From contig NC_092380.1 of assembly GCF_030028105.1 (NCBI RefSeq), positions 20,857,144 to 20,921,143 of the forward strand: 64,000 bases of DNA, written 5' to 3'. Positions 1 to 10,802 of the stretch are shown here, one piece after another. A program made the translations under genes and the position numbers. Position 1 is the stretch's first letter. Every line of letters begins with the position of its first letter. The DNA is from Mobula birostris. Its lineage: Eukaryota. The notes under the pieces are model-generated. The model ran no database searches and was not told where the DNA came from. It saw only the letters and a program-made list of their open reading frames with translations.

Positions 1-2377
1 CTTTTTAGAACAGCTTGTTGTTGAGCCCACTAGGGGATCAGCTGTACTGGATTGGGTATTGCGTAATGAACCAGAGGTGATTTAGAGATTGAGGTGAAAG
101 AACCCTTAGGAGGCAGTGATCATAACAGGATTGAGTTTACAGTGAAATCTGAAAAAGAGAAGCCAAAATCCGATGTGCCGATATTTCAGAGGAGTAAAGG
201 AACTTATAGCGGCATGAGAGAGGAACTGGCCAAAGTTGACTGGAAAAGGACACTGGCGGGAAGGACAGCAGAGCAGCAATGGCTGGAGTTTATGCGAGAA
301 GTGAGGAAAGTGCAAGACAGGTATATTCCAAAAAAGAAGAAATTTTCCAATGGAAAAAGGATGCAACCGTGGCTGACAAAAGAAGTCAAAGCCAAAGTTA
401 AAGCAAAGGAGAGGGCATACAAGGAAGCAAAAATTAGTGGGAAGACAGAGGACTGGAAAGTTTTTAAAAGCTTATAAAAGGAAACTAAGAAGGTCATTAA
501 GAGGGAAAACTATGAAGGAAGTTAGCAAATAATATCAAAGAGGATATTAAAAGCTTTTTCAAGTATATAAAGAGTAAAAGACAGGTGAGAGTACATATAG
601 GACCAATAGAAAATGATGCTGGAGAAATTGTAATGGAAGATAAGGAGATGGTGAAGGAACTGAATGAGTATTTTGCATCAGCCTTCACTGAGGAAGACAT
701 CAGCAGTATATCGGACACTCAAGGGTGGCAGGGAAGAGAAGTGTGCGCAATTACAATTATGACAAAGAAAGTATTCAGCAAGCTGAATAGTCTAAAGGTA
801 GATTAATCTCCTGGACTAGATTGAATACACCCTCATGTTCTGAAGGAAGTAGCTGTGGAGATTGTGGAGGAATTAGCAATGATCTTTCAAAAGTCAATAT
901 ATTCTAGCATGGTTCCAGAGGACTGGAAGACTGCAAATGTCACTCTGCTATTTAAGAAGGGGGCAAGGAAGCAAAAAGGAAATTATAGACCTGTTAGCTT
1001 GACATCAGTGATTGGGAAGTTGTTGGAGTCAATTGTCAAGGATGAGGTCACGGAGTACTTGGAGGCATATGACAAGATAGGCAGAACTCAGCATGGTTTC
1101 CTTAAAGGAAAATCCTGCCTGACAAACCTATTACAATTTTTTGAGGAAATTACAAGTAGGCTAGACAAGGGAGATGCAGTGGACATTGTATATTTGGATT
1201 TTCAGAAGGCCTTTGACAAGGTGCCACACGAGGCTACTTAACAAGATAAAAGCCCATGGAATTACGGGAAAGTTACATACGTGGATAGGGCGTTGGCTGA
1301 TTGGCAGGAAACAGAGAGTGGGAATAAAGGGATCCTATTCTGTTTGGCTAACGGTTACCAGTGGTGTTCCACAGGGGTCCGTGTTGGGGACCACTTCTTT
1401 TTACGTTGTACATCAACGATTTAGATCATGGGATAGATGGCTTTGTGACTTAAGTTTGCTGATGATACAAAGGTAGGTGGAGGGGCCAGTAGTGCTGAGG
1501 AAACAGAGAGTCCGCAGAGAGACTTGGATAGATTGGAAGAATGGGCAAAGAAGTGGCAAATGAAATACAATGTTGGAAAGTGTATGGTTATGCACTTTGG
1601 CAGAAAAAATAAACAGGCAGACTGTTATTTAAATGGGGAGAAAATTCAAAGTTCTGAGATGCCACGGGACTTGGGAGTCCTCGTGCAGGATACCCTTAAG
1701 GTTAACCTCCAGATGGTGAAGGCGGCGAATGCAATGTTGGCATTCATTTCTAGAGGAATAGCATATAGGAGCAGGGATGTGATGTTGAGGCTCTATAAGG
1801 CGCTGGTAAGACCTCACTTGGAGCACTGTGGGCAGTTTTGGTCTCCTTATTTAAGAAAGGATGTGCTGACATTGGAGAGGGTACAGAGAAGATTCACTAG
1901 AATGATTCCGGGAATGAGAGGGTTAACATATGAGGAACGTCTGTCCACTGTTGGACTGTATTCCTTGGGGTTTAGAAGAATGAGGGGGGACCTCATAGAA
2001 TCATATCGAATGTTGAACGGCATGGACAGAATGGATGTGGCAAAGTTGTTTCCCATGATGGGGGAGTCTTTTACGAGAGAGCATGACTTAAGGATTGAAG
2101 GGCGCCCATTCAGAACAGAGATGCAAGGAAATTTTTTTAGCCGGGGGTGGTGAATCTATGGAATTTGTTGCCACGGGCAGCAGTGGAGGCCAAGTCATTG
2201 GGTGTATTTAAGGCAGAGATTGATAGGTATTCTTGAGTAGCCAGGGCATCAAAGGTTATGGTGAGAAGGCGGGGGAGTGGGACTAAATGGGAGAATGGAT
2301 CAGTTCATGATAAAATGGCGGAGCAGACTCGATGGGCCGAATGGCCAACTTCTGCTCCTTTGTCTTATGGTCTTATT
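1..2377 (+). mobile_element. CR1-clade LINE, 3' part of ORF2 (endonuclease end, RT, C-terminus) plus 3' tail; frameshifted
   Basis: ORFs 94-477, 855-1241 (NYRPVSLTS, QHGFLKGKSCLTNL, YLDFQKAFDKVPH), SGVPQGSVLG at about 1360, KFADD at about 1450, 1524-2153 (ERVQRRFTRMIPG). Ends in gatgggccgaatggccaacttctgctcctttgtcttatggtcttat. Runs off the left edge. Confidence 0.93.
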
Positions 2378-2529
2378 ACAGAGTACCCCTGTGGCTGTTC
2401 CCCTTAACAATATTTACTTCTGTTTGAGTACTGTTGGTGTGGGGGGACCTACCTGGGCGAAGCAACCGTAGCTGCGCCTCTGACACAGAGTCTGGCGCTG
2501 TGGCTTGGAAGAATAGGGACAGGAAGAGG

Positions 2530-3098
2530 ATGGCAGCAGTGATAGGGTAGTCTATAGTTAGGGGGTCAGACAGGCGATTCTGTGAATGCAGGAAAGAAAC
2601 ATGGATGGTAGTTTGCCTTCCAGGTGCCAGGGTCCGAGATGTTTTTGATTGTGTCCACAATATCCTGAAGTGGGAATATGAACAGCTAGAGTTCATGGTA
2701 CATATTGGTACCAATGACATCGACAGGAAAAGGGAGGAGGTCCTGAAAACAGACTACAGGGAGTTAGGAAAGAAGCTGAGAAGCAGGACCACAAGGATAG
2801 TAATCTTGGGATTACTGCCTGTGCCAGGCAACAGTGAATATAGGAATAGAGTAAGGTGGAGGATAAATGTGTGGTTGAGAGATTGGAGCAGGGGGAAAGG
2901 ATAGGAATAGAGTAAGGTGGAGGATAAATGTGTGGTTGAGAGATTGGAGCAGGGGGCAAGGATTCAGATTTCAGGATCATTGGGAACTCTTGAGGCAGGC
3001 GTGACCTGTAGAATAAGGATGGGTTTCACTTGAATCCATGGGGGACTAATATCCTGGCAGGGAGATTTGCAAAGGCTATAGGGGAAAGTTTGAACTAG
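2530..3098 (+). pseudogene. CR1 ORF1 SGNH/GDSL esterase-like domain, disrupted
   Basis: IG*SIVRG (degenerate GDS block), CLPGARVRDV, HIGTNDI and DGFHLN motifs. Frameshifted by the 61-bp duplication. Confidence 0.8.
2840..2961 (+). repeat. 61-bp tandem duplication (2 copies, 1 mismatch)
   Basis: ataggaatagagtaagg...gcaggggg(a/c)aagg at 2840-2900 and 2901-2961. Confidence 0.95.
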
Positions 3099-3310
3099 AA
3101 TTGCTGTGGGGTGGGAACTGAACTGAAGAGACGGAGGAAGGGGCGGTTCACTCACAAATAAAGAAAGCTTGTAGACAGTGTGAGAGGGAGGATAGGCACG
3201 TGATAGAGAAGGGATGCACTCAGACTGATGGTTTGAGATGTGTCTATTTTAATGCAAGGAGCATCATGAACAAAGCAGATGAGCTGAGAGCATGGATCAG
3301 TACTTGGAGC

Positions 3311-3767
3311 ACATCACACAAACCAATCTTCCATCCGTGGACTCACTTTACACCGCACGCTGTCGGAGCAGTGCCGCCAGGATAGTCAAGGACACGACCC
3401 ACCCAGCCAACACACTTTTCGTCCTTCTTCCCTACAGGAGAAGGTTCAGGAGCTTGAAGACTCGTACGGCTAGATTTGGGAACAGCTTCTTTCCAACTGT
3501 GATAAGACTGCTGAACAGATCCTGGCCTGGATCTGGGCCGTACCCTCCAAATATCTGGACCTGCCTCTCGGTTTTTTTTTACACTACCTTACTTCCCATT
3601 TTTCTATTTTCTATTTATGATGTATAATTTAATTTTTTAATATTTACTAATTTTAACAATTTTTAATATTTAATATTTGTAACCCAGGGAGTGTGAAGCG
3701 CAGAATCAAATATCGCTGTGATGATTGTACGTCCTAGTACCAATTGTTTGGCGACAATAAAGTATAA
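3311..3767 (+). mobile_element. Rex1/Babar-like LINE 3' fragment inserted in the CR1 endonuclease
   Basis: IVKDTTHPANTLFVLLPYRRRFRSLKTRTARFGNSFFPTVIRLLN C-terminal motif. 3' UTR ends in aataaagtataa. The CR1 frame resumes with TETW. Confidence 0.8.
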
Positions 3768-5042
3768 ACAGAGACTTGGATGGCTCAGGGGCAGGAATGA
3801 CTACTTACAGTGCCAGGCTTTAAGAGGTTTCAGAAAGGACCAGGAGGGGGGCAGAAGAGGTGGGGGCAAGGCACTGCTGATCAAAGGTAGTGTCACAGCT
3901 GCAGAAAAGGAGAAAGTCAAGGAGTGATTGTCTATTGAGTCTCTGTGGGTGGAAGTTAGAAACAGGAAAGAGTCAATAACTCCACTGGGTGTTTTTTATA
4001 GTCCACCCAATAGTAACAGGAACATTGAGGAGCAGATAGGGAGACAGATTCTGGAACAGTGCAATAATAACAGAGTTGTCATGATAGGAGATTTTAATTT
4101 CCCCAATATTGATTGGCATCACCCTAGAGCAAGGGGTTTAGATGTGGTGGAGTTTGTTAGGTGTGTTCAGGAAGGTTTCCTGACACAATATGTAGATAAG
4201 CCTACAAGAGGAGAGGCTGTATTTGATGTGGTATTGGGAAATGAACCTGGTCAGGTGTCAGTTCTCTCACTGGGAGAGCAATTTCAAGATAGTGATCACA
4301 ATTCTATCTCCTTTACCATAGCATTGGAGAGGGATAGGAACAGACAAGTTAGGAAAGTGTTTAAATGGAGTAAAGGGAAATATGAAGCCGTCAGTCAGGA
4401 ACTTGGAAGGATAAATTGAGAGCATATGTTCTCAGGGAAATGTACGGCAGAAATGTGGCAAATCTTTGGGGATATTTACATTGCATTCTACATAGGTCTA
4501 GAATAGGGGGCTCTGAATAGAAGTAGTACCTTTGATGTCCGGCATGCTGCTCCCTACCAGACAGGGTGGAAGGGCATCACTGGTCCTCATCCATCTCCTA
4601 AATCTCTCACGTGTCGGCTCCAAGTGCCATACCCCGGTAAACTGCTTCAGCTGGCGGGCTAAACCAAGTGAGGGGGTGGTGTTAACATGGCACCACTGGG
4701 CGAATGACTTCCATGATGAAGTCACCAGCCAGGACGGAAAGTTTCTCAGATGAACTATAATGGCCACGTGTTCACCACCAAGGTGAGCCACCTAGTTGGA
4801 GGAAATTGGCTGTGGTCAAACCTGGAGAGGGATGGGCTCCGCCAGGTTTCAGATGCCCAAGACACGCCACATGATAAGCACACCAAAAAGCAACTTCATA
4901 CCGGATCGTCTCAGCCCGGGGTACCAATGACCACGCTACCCATCTCACACCAGGGCGGACACGATAACTGTGCTACTGGTGATTCGACACAGAAGATCCG
5001 TGGCAGAGAGAACATCACAATTGCCACATGGAATGTAAGAAT

Positions 5043-5394
5043 GAGAAAATCGACGGCAACAGCTCACCTGAAGACTCAACTCACTCTCTCTCTCCATCGA
5101 TATTCAACTAAATACCACGAACTGAACTTTATTCAACATCATAAGACTGTATCTTTTCACCCCTAGACTTAAAGAAGCTTGGTTTTTCATTCACATATAT
5201 TTTCAAACTGACTGATTTACTTACACACACACACACACACACACATAAAATTATTGCTAACCTGTTTGATTTATCTTCACTTAGTTTACTGTATTGTGTA
5301 GTTACTAATAAATACTATTAGTTTATAACAATACTAGACTCCAAAGTGTTTCCATCTCTGCTGGTTCTTTTTTCTCGTCACGGGGTACATGACA
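5043..5394 (+). repeat. 5' LTR of the Gmr1-like element (5'-truncated; contains a (CA)n run at about 5223-5245)
   Basis: Aligns to 10690-10802 plus 15146-15367 and ends ...gggtacatgaca. Confidence 0.9.
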
Positions 5395-5398
5395 AAAT

Positions 5399-5416
5399 TG
5401 GGGGCTCGTCCGGGAT
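5399..5416 (+). promoter_or_regulatory. Primer-binding site, tRNA-Pro
   Basis: TGGGGGCTCGTCCGGGAT, a perfect match to the 18-nt tRNA-Pro PBS, 4 nt after the LTR end. Confidence 0.95.
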
Positions 5417-5497
5417 ATGAACAAATTGGTCAGGAGGCTGGCTTGAATTGATTGGGGAAAAATTCTTGTGATTTGGTAGTGTGGAAATACAGCAGAA

Positions 5498-6600
5498 ATG
5501 GATGTTAGTGTTGAGGAGTTTATGTTGGAACCAACCCCAGAGGCGTTGGAGGATGCTAAGAAGGATTTGCTGTTCGGTATTGCTCAAAAGTTAAAACTAA
5601 AGGTGAACACTAAAATGAGGAAAATTCAGATACAGATGTTAATAGCCCGGCATTATGCAGCTAAGGGAACGTTTGAGGTGGGGGCGATGGAGCTATTTGC
5701 GGAAGGTAAGGTACATGCTGAGGATGAAGCTCAGTTGAAACTGAAATTGGAAATATTAAGAATGGAGCATGAAATGAAATTAAAACAGCTCAAGAGAAGG
5801 GGCAGAGAAACAGAGAAAAAAGGCACAGAGACAGAGAGAGTTTGAAAGGAAGATGTGGCACCATAACACTCATGTGGCGAACCGTGATGAGGGGTTTAGT
5901 GTCAGTCGAGAAATTAGGTTAGTGCCTCCATTTGATGAAGCAGAAATTGATGGGTATTTCCTACATTTTGAGAAAGTGGCCCGTAATCGGGAGTGGCCGC
6001 GGTGGCAGTGGGCAGTGTTATTACAGAGTGTGGTTAAGGGGAAGGCTTAGCAAGCACATGCAGACCCGTCTCTTGAAGACTCAAGGGACTATGCTAAAGT
6101 GAAGGATGCTGTGTTTAAGGCTTATGAGTTAGTCCCAGAGGCGTACAAAGGTTTCGAGATTTGAGAAAGTCCTGGAACCAAACGTGTGTGGAGTTTGCCC
6201 ATGAGAAATGGGTATACTTTGATCAGTGGTGTGCTTCAAAAGAGGCAAATGAGAATATTGGCAACTTGAAGGAGTTGATATTGATTAAGAGTTTAAAAAC
6301 TGCGTCTCGGCTGAGCTAAGGACGCACTTAAATGGAAAAGGGGCAGCGACACTGTCGGAGTCTGCTAAGTTAGCAGACGAATATGCCCTAACTCATAAAG
6401 TTAAGTTTTTCCCCCTACTAAGAATAACCCACAAGGGAGTAGAGATAATCCACCGGCTAAACCGGAGAGTAACCGGGGATTAGTGATAAAAGTAAGGAGG
6501 AAGGGAAACAGTCGGGGGGAGAATTTCCTATTTTTAAGTGTTACTCTTATGGAAAACCTGGCCATGTGGCGTCAAATTGTTTTGCTATGAAAAGGGGAAA
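5498..6600 (+). pseudogene. Gmr1-type gag with SCAN-like capsid region and degenerate zinc knuckle
   Basis: LVPPFDEAEIDGYFLHFEKVA...WAVLLQSVVKGKA, then VKDAVFKAYELVPEAY and FKCYSYGKPGHVASNC. Several stops and frameshifts. Confidence 0.8.
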
Positions 6601-7459
6601 AGGAAAAGAGAAAGAGAAAACCCCTACTGCCTACGTTCAGACGGCTAAAATACCGCTGAAGGAGGAGGGGTTGAAACGAATTCAGGAGGGACTCGAGAGA
6701 TTTATTTCAGAAGGGTTTATGTCTGTGAAGGAGGGGTCAAACCCAGTCCCAGTAAGAATCTGGACAGATACTGGAGCTTTCCAGTCGCTGATATTAAAGA
6801 ATGTTTTGGAATTTGGTGCGGAGACTGGAGAAGTAAACATTATTAAGGGCATTGGAAAGGGAACAGAGGCCGTGCCTTTGCATAAGGTAATCTTGAAATG
6901 CGATTTGGTATTGAAACCAGTCATAATAGGGGTCTGACCTGAACTACCGACAGACCATGTTGATGTCTTACTCGGTAATGACCTTGCAGGTAGGGATGAT
7001 TACACAGCAGTTCAGCTCACAAGTAAGCCTGCTGCTGCTGCTGAGGACCCGCCCAGAGATGCTGATGTGTATCCCGCATGCGCAGTGACATGAAGCACGT
7101 CCAGAAAGGCTGCTGCTGCTAACATTGATTTATCTGAGACATTCCTACCGTCCCTATACCAACAGGACTTAGGGGGTAGTAAGGCTGAGGAGAGCAAGGA
7201 AGAGAGGAAAGACCTGTCCTTATCAAGGAAGGAGTTTACAGAAGAGCAGAATAAAGATCTGGAAATTGGGGCTTTAAAAGAGACAGCTCTCTCTGAGGAG
7301 GAAATTCAGAAAGAAACAGTGGGGTATTATCTTAAAGATGGGGTGTTGATGAGGAAGTGGAGACCAGCCACTGTGCCTGCGAGTGAGGATTGGGCTGTTG
7401 TGCACCAGGTGGTGGTTCCAAAGGTTTATAGGGTTGAAATTTAAAACCTGGCCCATAAG

Positions 7460-9466
7460 ATGTCTTTAGGGGGACATTTTAGAGTAAAAAAGACAGTGCA
7501 CAGGATCATGAGGGAGTTTTATTGGCCTAACGTGAGGAGAGATATTGTCAATTACTGTAGAGGGTGTCATACATGTCAGGCGGTGGGAAAACCTAACCAG
7601 GCCATTCCAAAAGCACCACTTTGGCCAATACCTGCTTTTGGTGAACCTTTTTCCAGGGTCATAGTGGATTGTGTAGGCCCTTTGCCAAAGACTGCAGCTG
7701 GTCATAAGTATTTGTTAATAATAATGTGCGCTGCATCTAGGTTCCCGGAAGCTGTACCTCTCAGAAACATCCAGGCCAAGACTGTGGTCAAAGCACTCAG
7801 CAAGTTTTTCGCACTGGTAGGTTTACCTAAAGAAATTCAATCTGACCAGGGTAGCAACTTCACTTCAAAAATATTCCAGCAAGTAGTGTCTGAGCTGGGA
7901 GCTCAACAGATTGTGTCATCTGCCTACCACCTGGAGCCTCAAGGGGCTCTGGAGAGGTTTCATTCCACTTTAAAAACCTTGATTAAGACTTACTGCCATG
8001 AGAATGACAAGGATTGGGATGAAGGGATACACTTATTACTTTTTGCTGTGAGGGACACCATTCAAGAGTCCTTCGGGTTCAGCCTGTTTGAGCTCATTTT
8101 CGGCTATAGGCCCAAAGGACCTTTGACCCTGTTCAGGGAGCAATGGTCTAACCCAGAAGTGTGTGTCAGCGTGTTAGACTATGTTTTAAAATTCTGTGTA
8201 AGGCTTAACAAGGCCTGTGACCTCACCAGGAAGAATCTGGAGCACTCCCAAATTAAAACGAAACATTGGTTTGATAAGAGAGCGAAGGAGCAAGTGTTTG
8301 AAGTTGGAAACAAAGTACTGGTGCTGTTCCCTCCTGTGACCAACCCCCTCCAAGCAAAATTCCATGGGCCCTACAGCATAATGAAGAAAATTGATTCTTT
8401 GAATTACGATACTGAAACTCCTGACAGGAGGAAGGCCACGCAGCTGGTGCACGTTAATATGTTGAAACCGTATCATGATTCTGAGGTGGTACCAGTAGGA
8501 TTGACCAAGAAAACAAGGGGGGCTGAGGAATTTGATAATGAGGAAAAAAATCATTTCACCAAACTGAGTATTCTGTCCACGAGACTTACGAATTCCCTTA
8601 TTTTAAAGGACCTTACTAATAAGGTTTGTCATCGGGGGCCTGCACAAAGAGAGCAATTGCAGGAACTAATTAGGAAGCACAAAGATTTATTTCCTGACAC
8701 CCCAAGACGGTGCACTGGGGCAGTGCATGATGTCATTATAAATTCAGCCCAGCCCATTAAACAGCATCCTTACAGAATGAACTTCGAGAAAAATAAAGAA
8801 ATTGAAAAAGAGATCGGGTACATGCGAGCAACCGGTATTATCAGGCCACCTACCTCAGACAGGGCGTCACCATGCGTCCTTGTGCCTAAACCGGACAGTA
8901 GCACGAGATTCTGTACCGACTACTGGCAAATTAATGCCATAACCAAGACGGATGCTTATCCTATCCCCAGAGTGGATGACTGGGTTGATAAAGTGGGAAA
9001 GGGTAAGTACCTCACGAAGATTTATCTGTTGAAGGGATACTGGTGTGTTCCATTGACTGACAGGGCCAGAGAAATTTCAGCGTTTGTTACACCTTCAGGG
9101 CTGTATGAATACAATGTTTTGCCCTTCGGGATGAAAAATGCACCAGGGACATTTCAAAGAATGATCAATTCAGTGATTAGAGGGTTAGAGAACACAGGGT
9201 CTTATATTGATGACCTAGTGGTCTGGAGTGACACATGGGAAGAACATACTGCAGCGGTACAGAAACTGTTTGATAGGCTTTCTAAGGCCAATCTTATGGT
9301 GAACCTTGCTAAAAGTGAATTTGGCCATGCCACAGTCACCTATCTGGGTTATGTGGTGGGCCAAGGCCAACTGGCTCCTGTACAGGCCAAGGTTCAAGCT
9401 ATTGTGGAGGTTCCTGTTCCAACTAGTAAGAAAGCTTTGAGAAGGTTTTTAGGGATGGTTGGGTAG
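7460..9466 (+). pseudogene. pol fragment: integrase (H2C2 zinc finger, DDE core) followed in frame by reverse transcriptase
   Basis: GGHFRVKKT..FYWP..CRGCHTCQ, IVDCVGPLP, IQSDQGSNF, ERFHSTLK, FHGPY. Then QHPYR, LPFGMKNAPGTFQ, YIDDLVV. Premature stop at 9466. Confidence 0.92.
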
Positions 9467-10802
9467 TATAGAAAATTTTGTAAGAACTTTGCTGACATCG
9501 CTCTCCCCCTAACAAAGCTCCTAGGGAAGAGTGAAAGGTTTGCATGGAATGACCTTTGCCAGGAGGCATTTGAACGTTTGAAAACCATCCCGTGTTATCA
9601 TCCTGTGCTTAAAGCACCAGATTTTTCAAAGCCATTCTCGATTGCTACAGACGCTAGTGATGAAGCTGCTGGGGCAGTACTGTTGCAGAAGGGTGCGGAT
9701 GATATTGAACACCCAGTAGCTTATTTCTCAAAGAAATTTAATGTGAACCAGAAAAATTATTCAACCATTGGGAAGGAGTTATTGGCACTTATTCTGGCCT
9801 CACAACATTTTGAGGTTTATACTTGTCCTGCTCAAAGACCTCTTGTGATTTACACGGATCACAATCTGTTGGTGTTTTTAAATAAAATGAAGGGATAAAA
9901 ATAGGAGGCTGTTAAATTGGAGTCTAATATTGCAGGAATTTGATTTGGTAATCAAACATGTAAAAGGTACTGACAATATTATAGCTGATTGCTTATCCCG
10001 ATGTTAAGTTGGAAACTAACCATTCTTGCTTTGTCACCTGATGTTTTTTCCCTGTATTGTTTAAAACTCTGTGATATATACTTAGACAAAAAAAAAATCG
10101 TCTTTGACAGTTTTTTCCCGAGGAAGGGGAGTGTGAGGGGATCCAGGAGTGTCCCTATTAACTATTTGAAGAGAGACAGAGAGAGTCATTTATCATCGAT
10201 GGTTTGTTTTGAAAAGAGAGAGAGACGAAGATGGATGGTTGGACTGTCACGTCAGGGCACAGGAGGTGACTTTGGAGTTTTACTTTGGAGATAACACTAA
10301 GCAGCTTGAAGGTTGCTATGGTGACCGACAGCACATTATTGATATTACTTTCAAGGACTTGTTGCTTGCTTGCTTGCATTTCTTTTCAGACAAAGGAAGG
10401 AGGGACTCTTTGAATGACAGGTGATGCTCAGCCTGGTGAGATAAATAGGTCAGATGATACAGACCTCAGACACATGATCTGGACACTGAGTGAGCATTGT
10501 CGTGCCCACAGAGAAAGTGAGTTTTGGAGGGTCGATCAGGCGGATCGATCCAATTGCTCTTCCAGTGAAGGAGAAGGGGTTGACTGGTGGGGAGTTGTCT
10601 ATGTGTCCACCCTTGCCGGGGTGATAGGAAAACCGGTCCCCCTCGTTAAAGTCACATTCGGTGACTTGTGAAGGATTTCAGAGAACGACGAGAAAATCGA
10701 CAGCAACAGCTCACCTGAAGACTCAACTCACTCTCTCTCCCTCTCTATCGCTATTCAACTAAATACCACGAACTGAACTGAACTGAACTTTACTCAACAT
10801 TG

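Noticed and set aside
5399-5416. tRNA-like sequence (also at 37387 and 48030)
   Set aside because: Only the 12-18 nt complementary to tRNA 3' ends, directly after LTRs. These are primer-binding sites, not tRNA genes.
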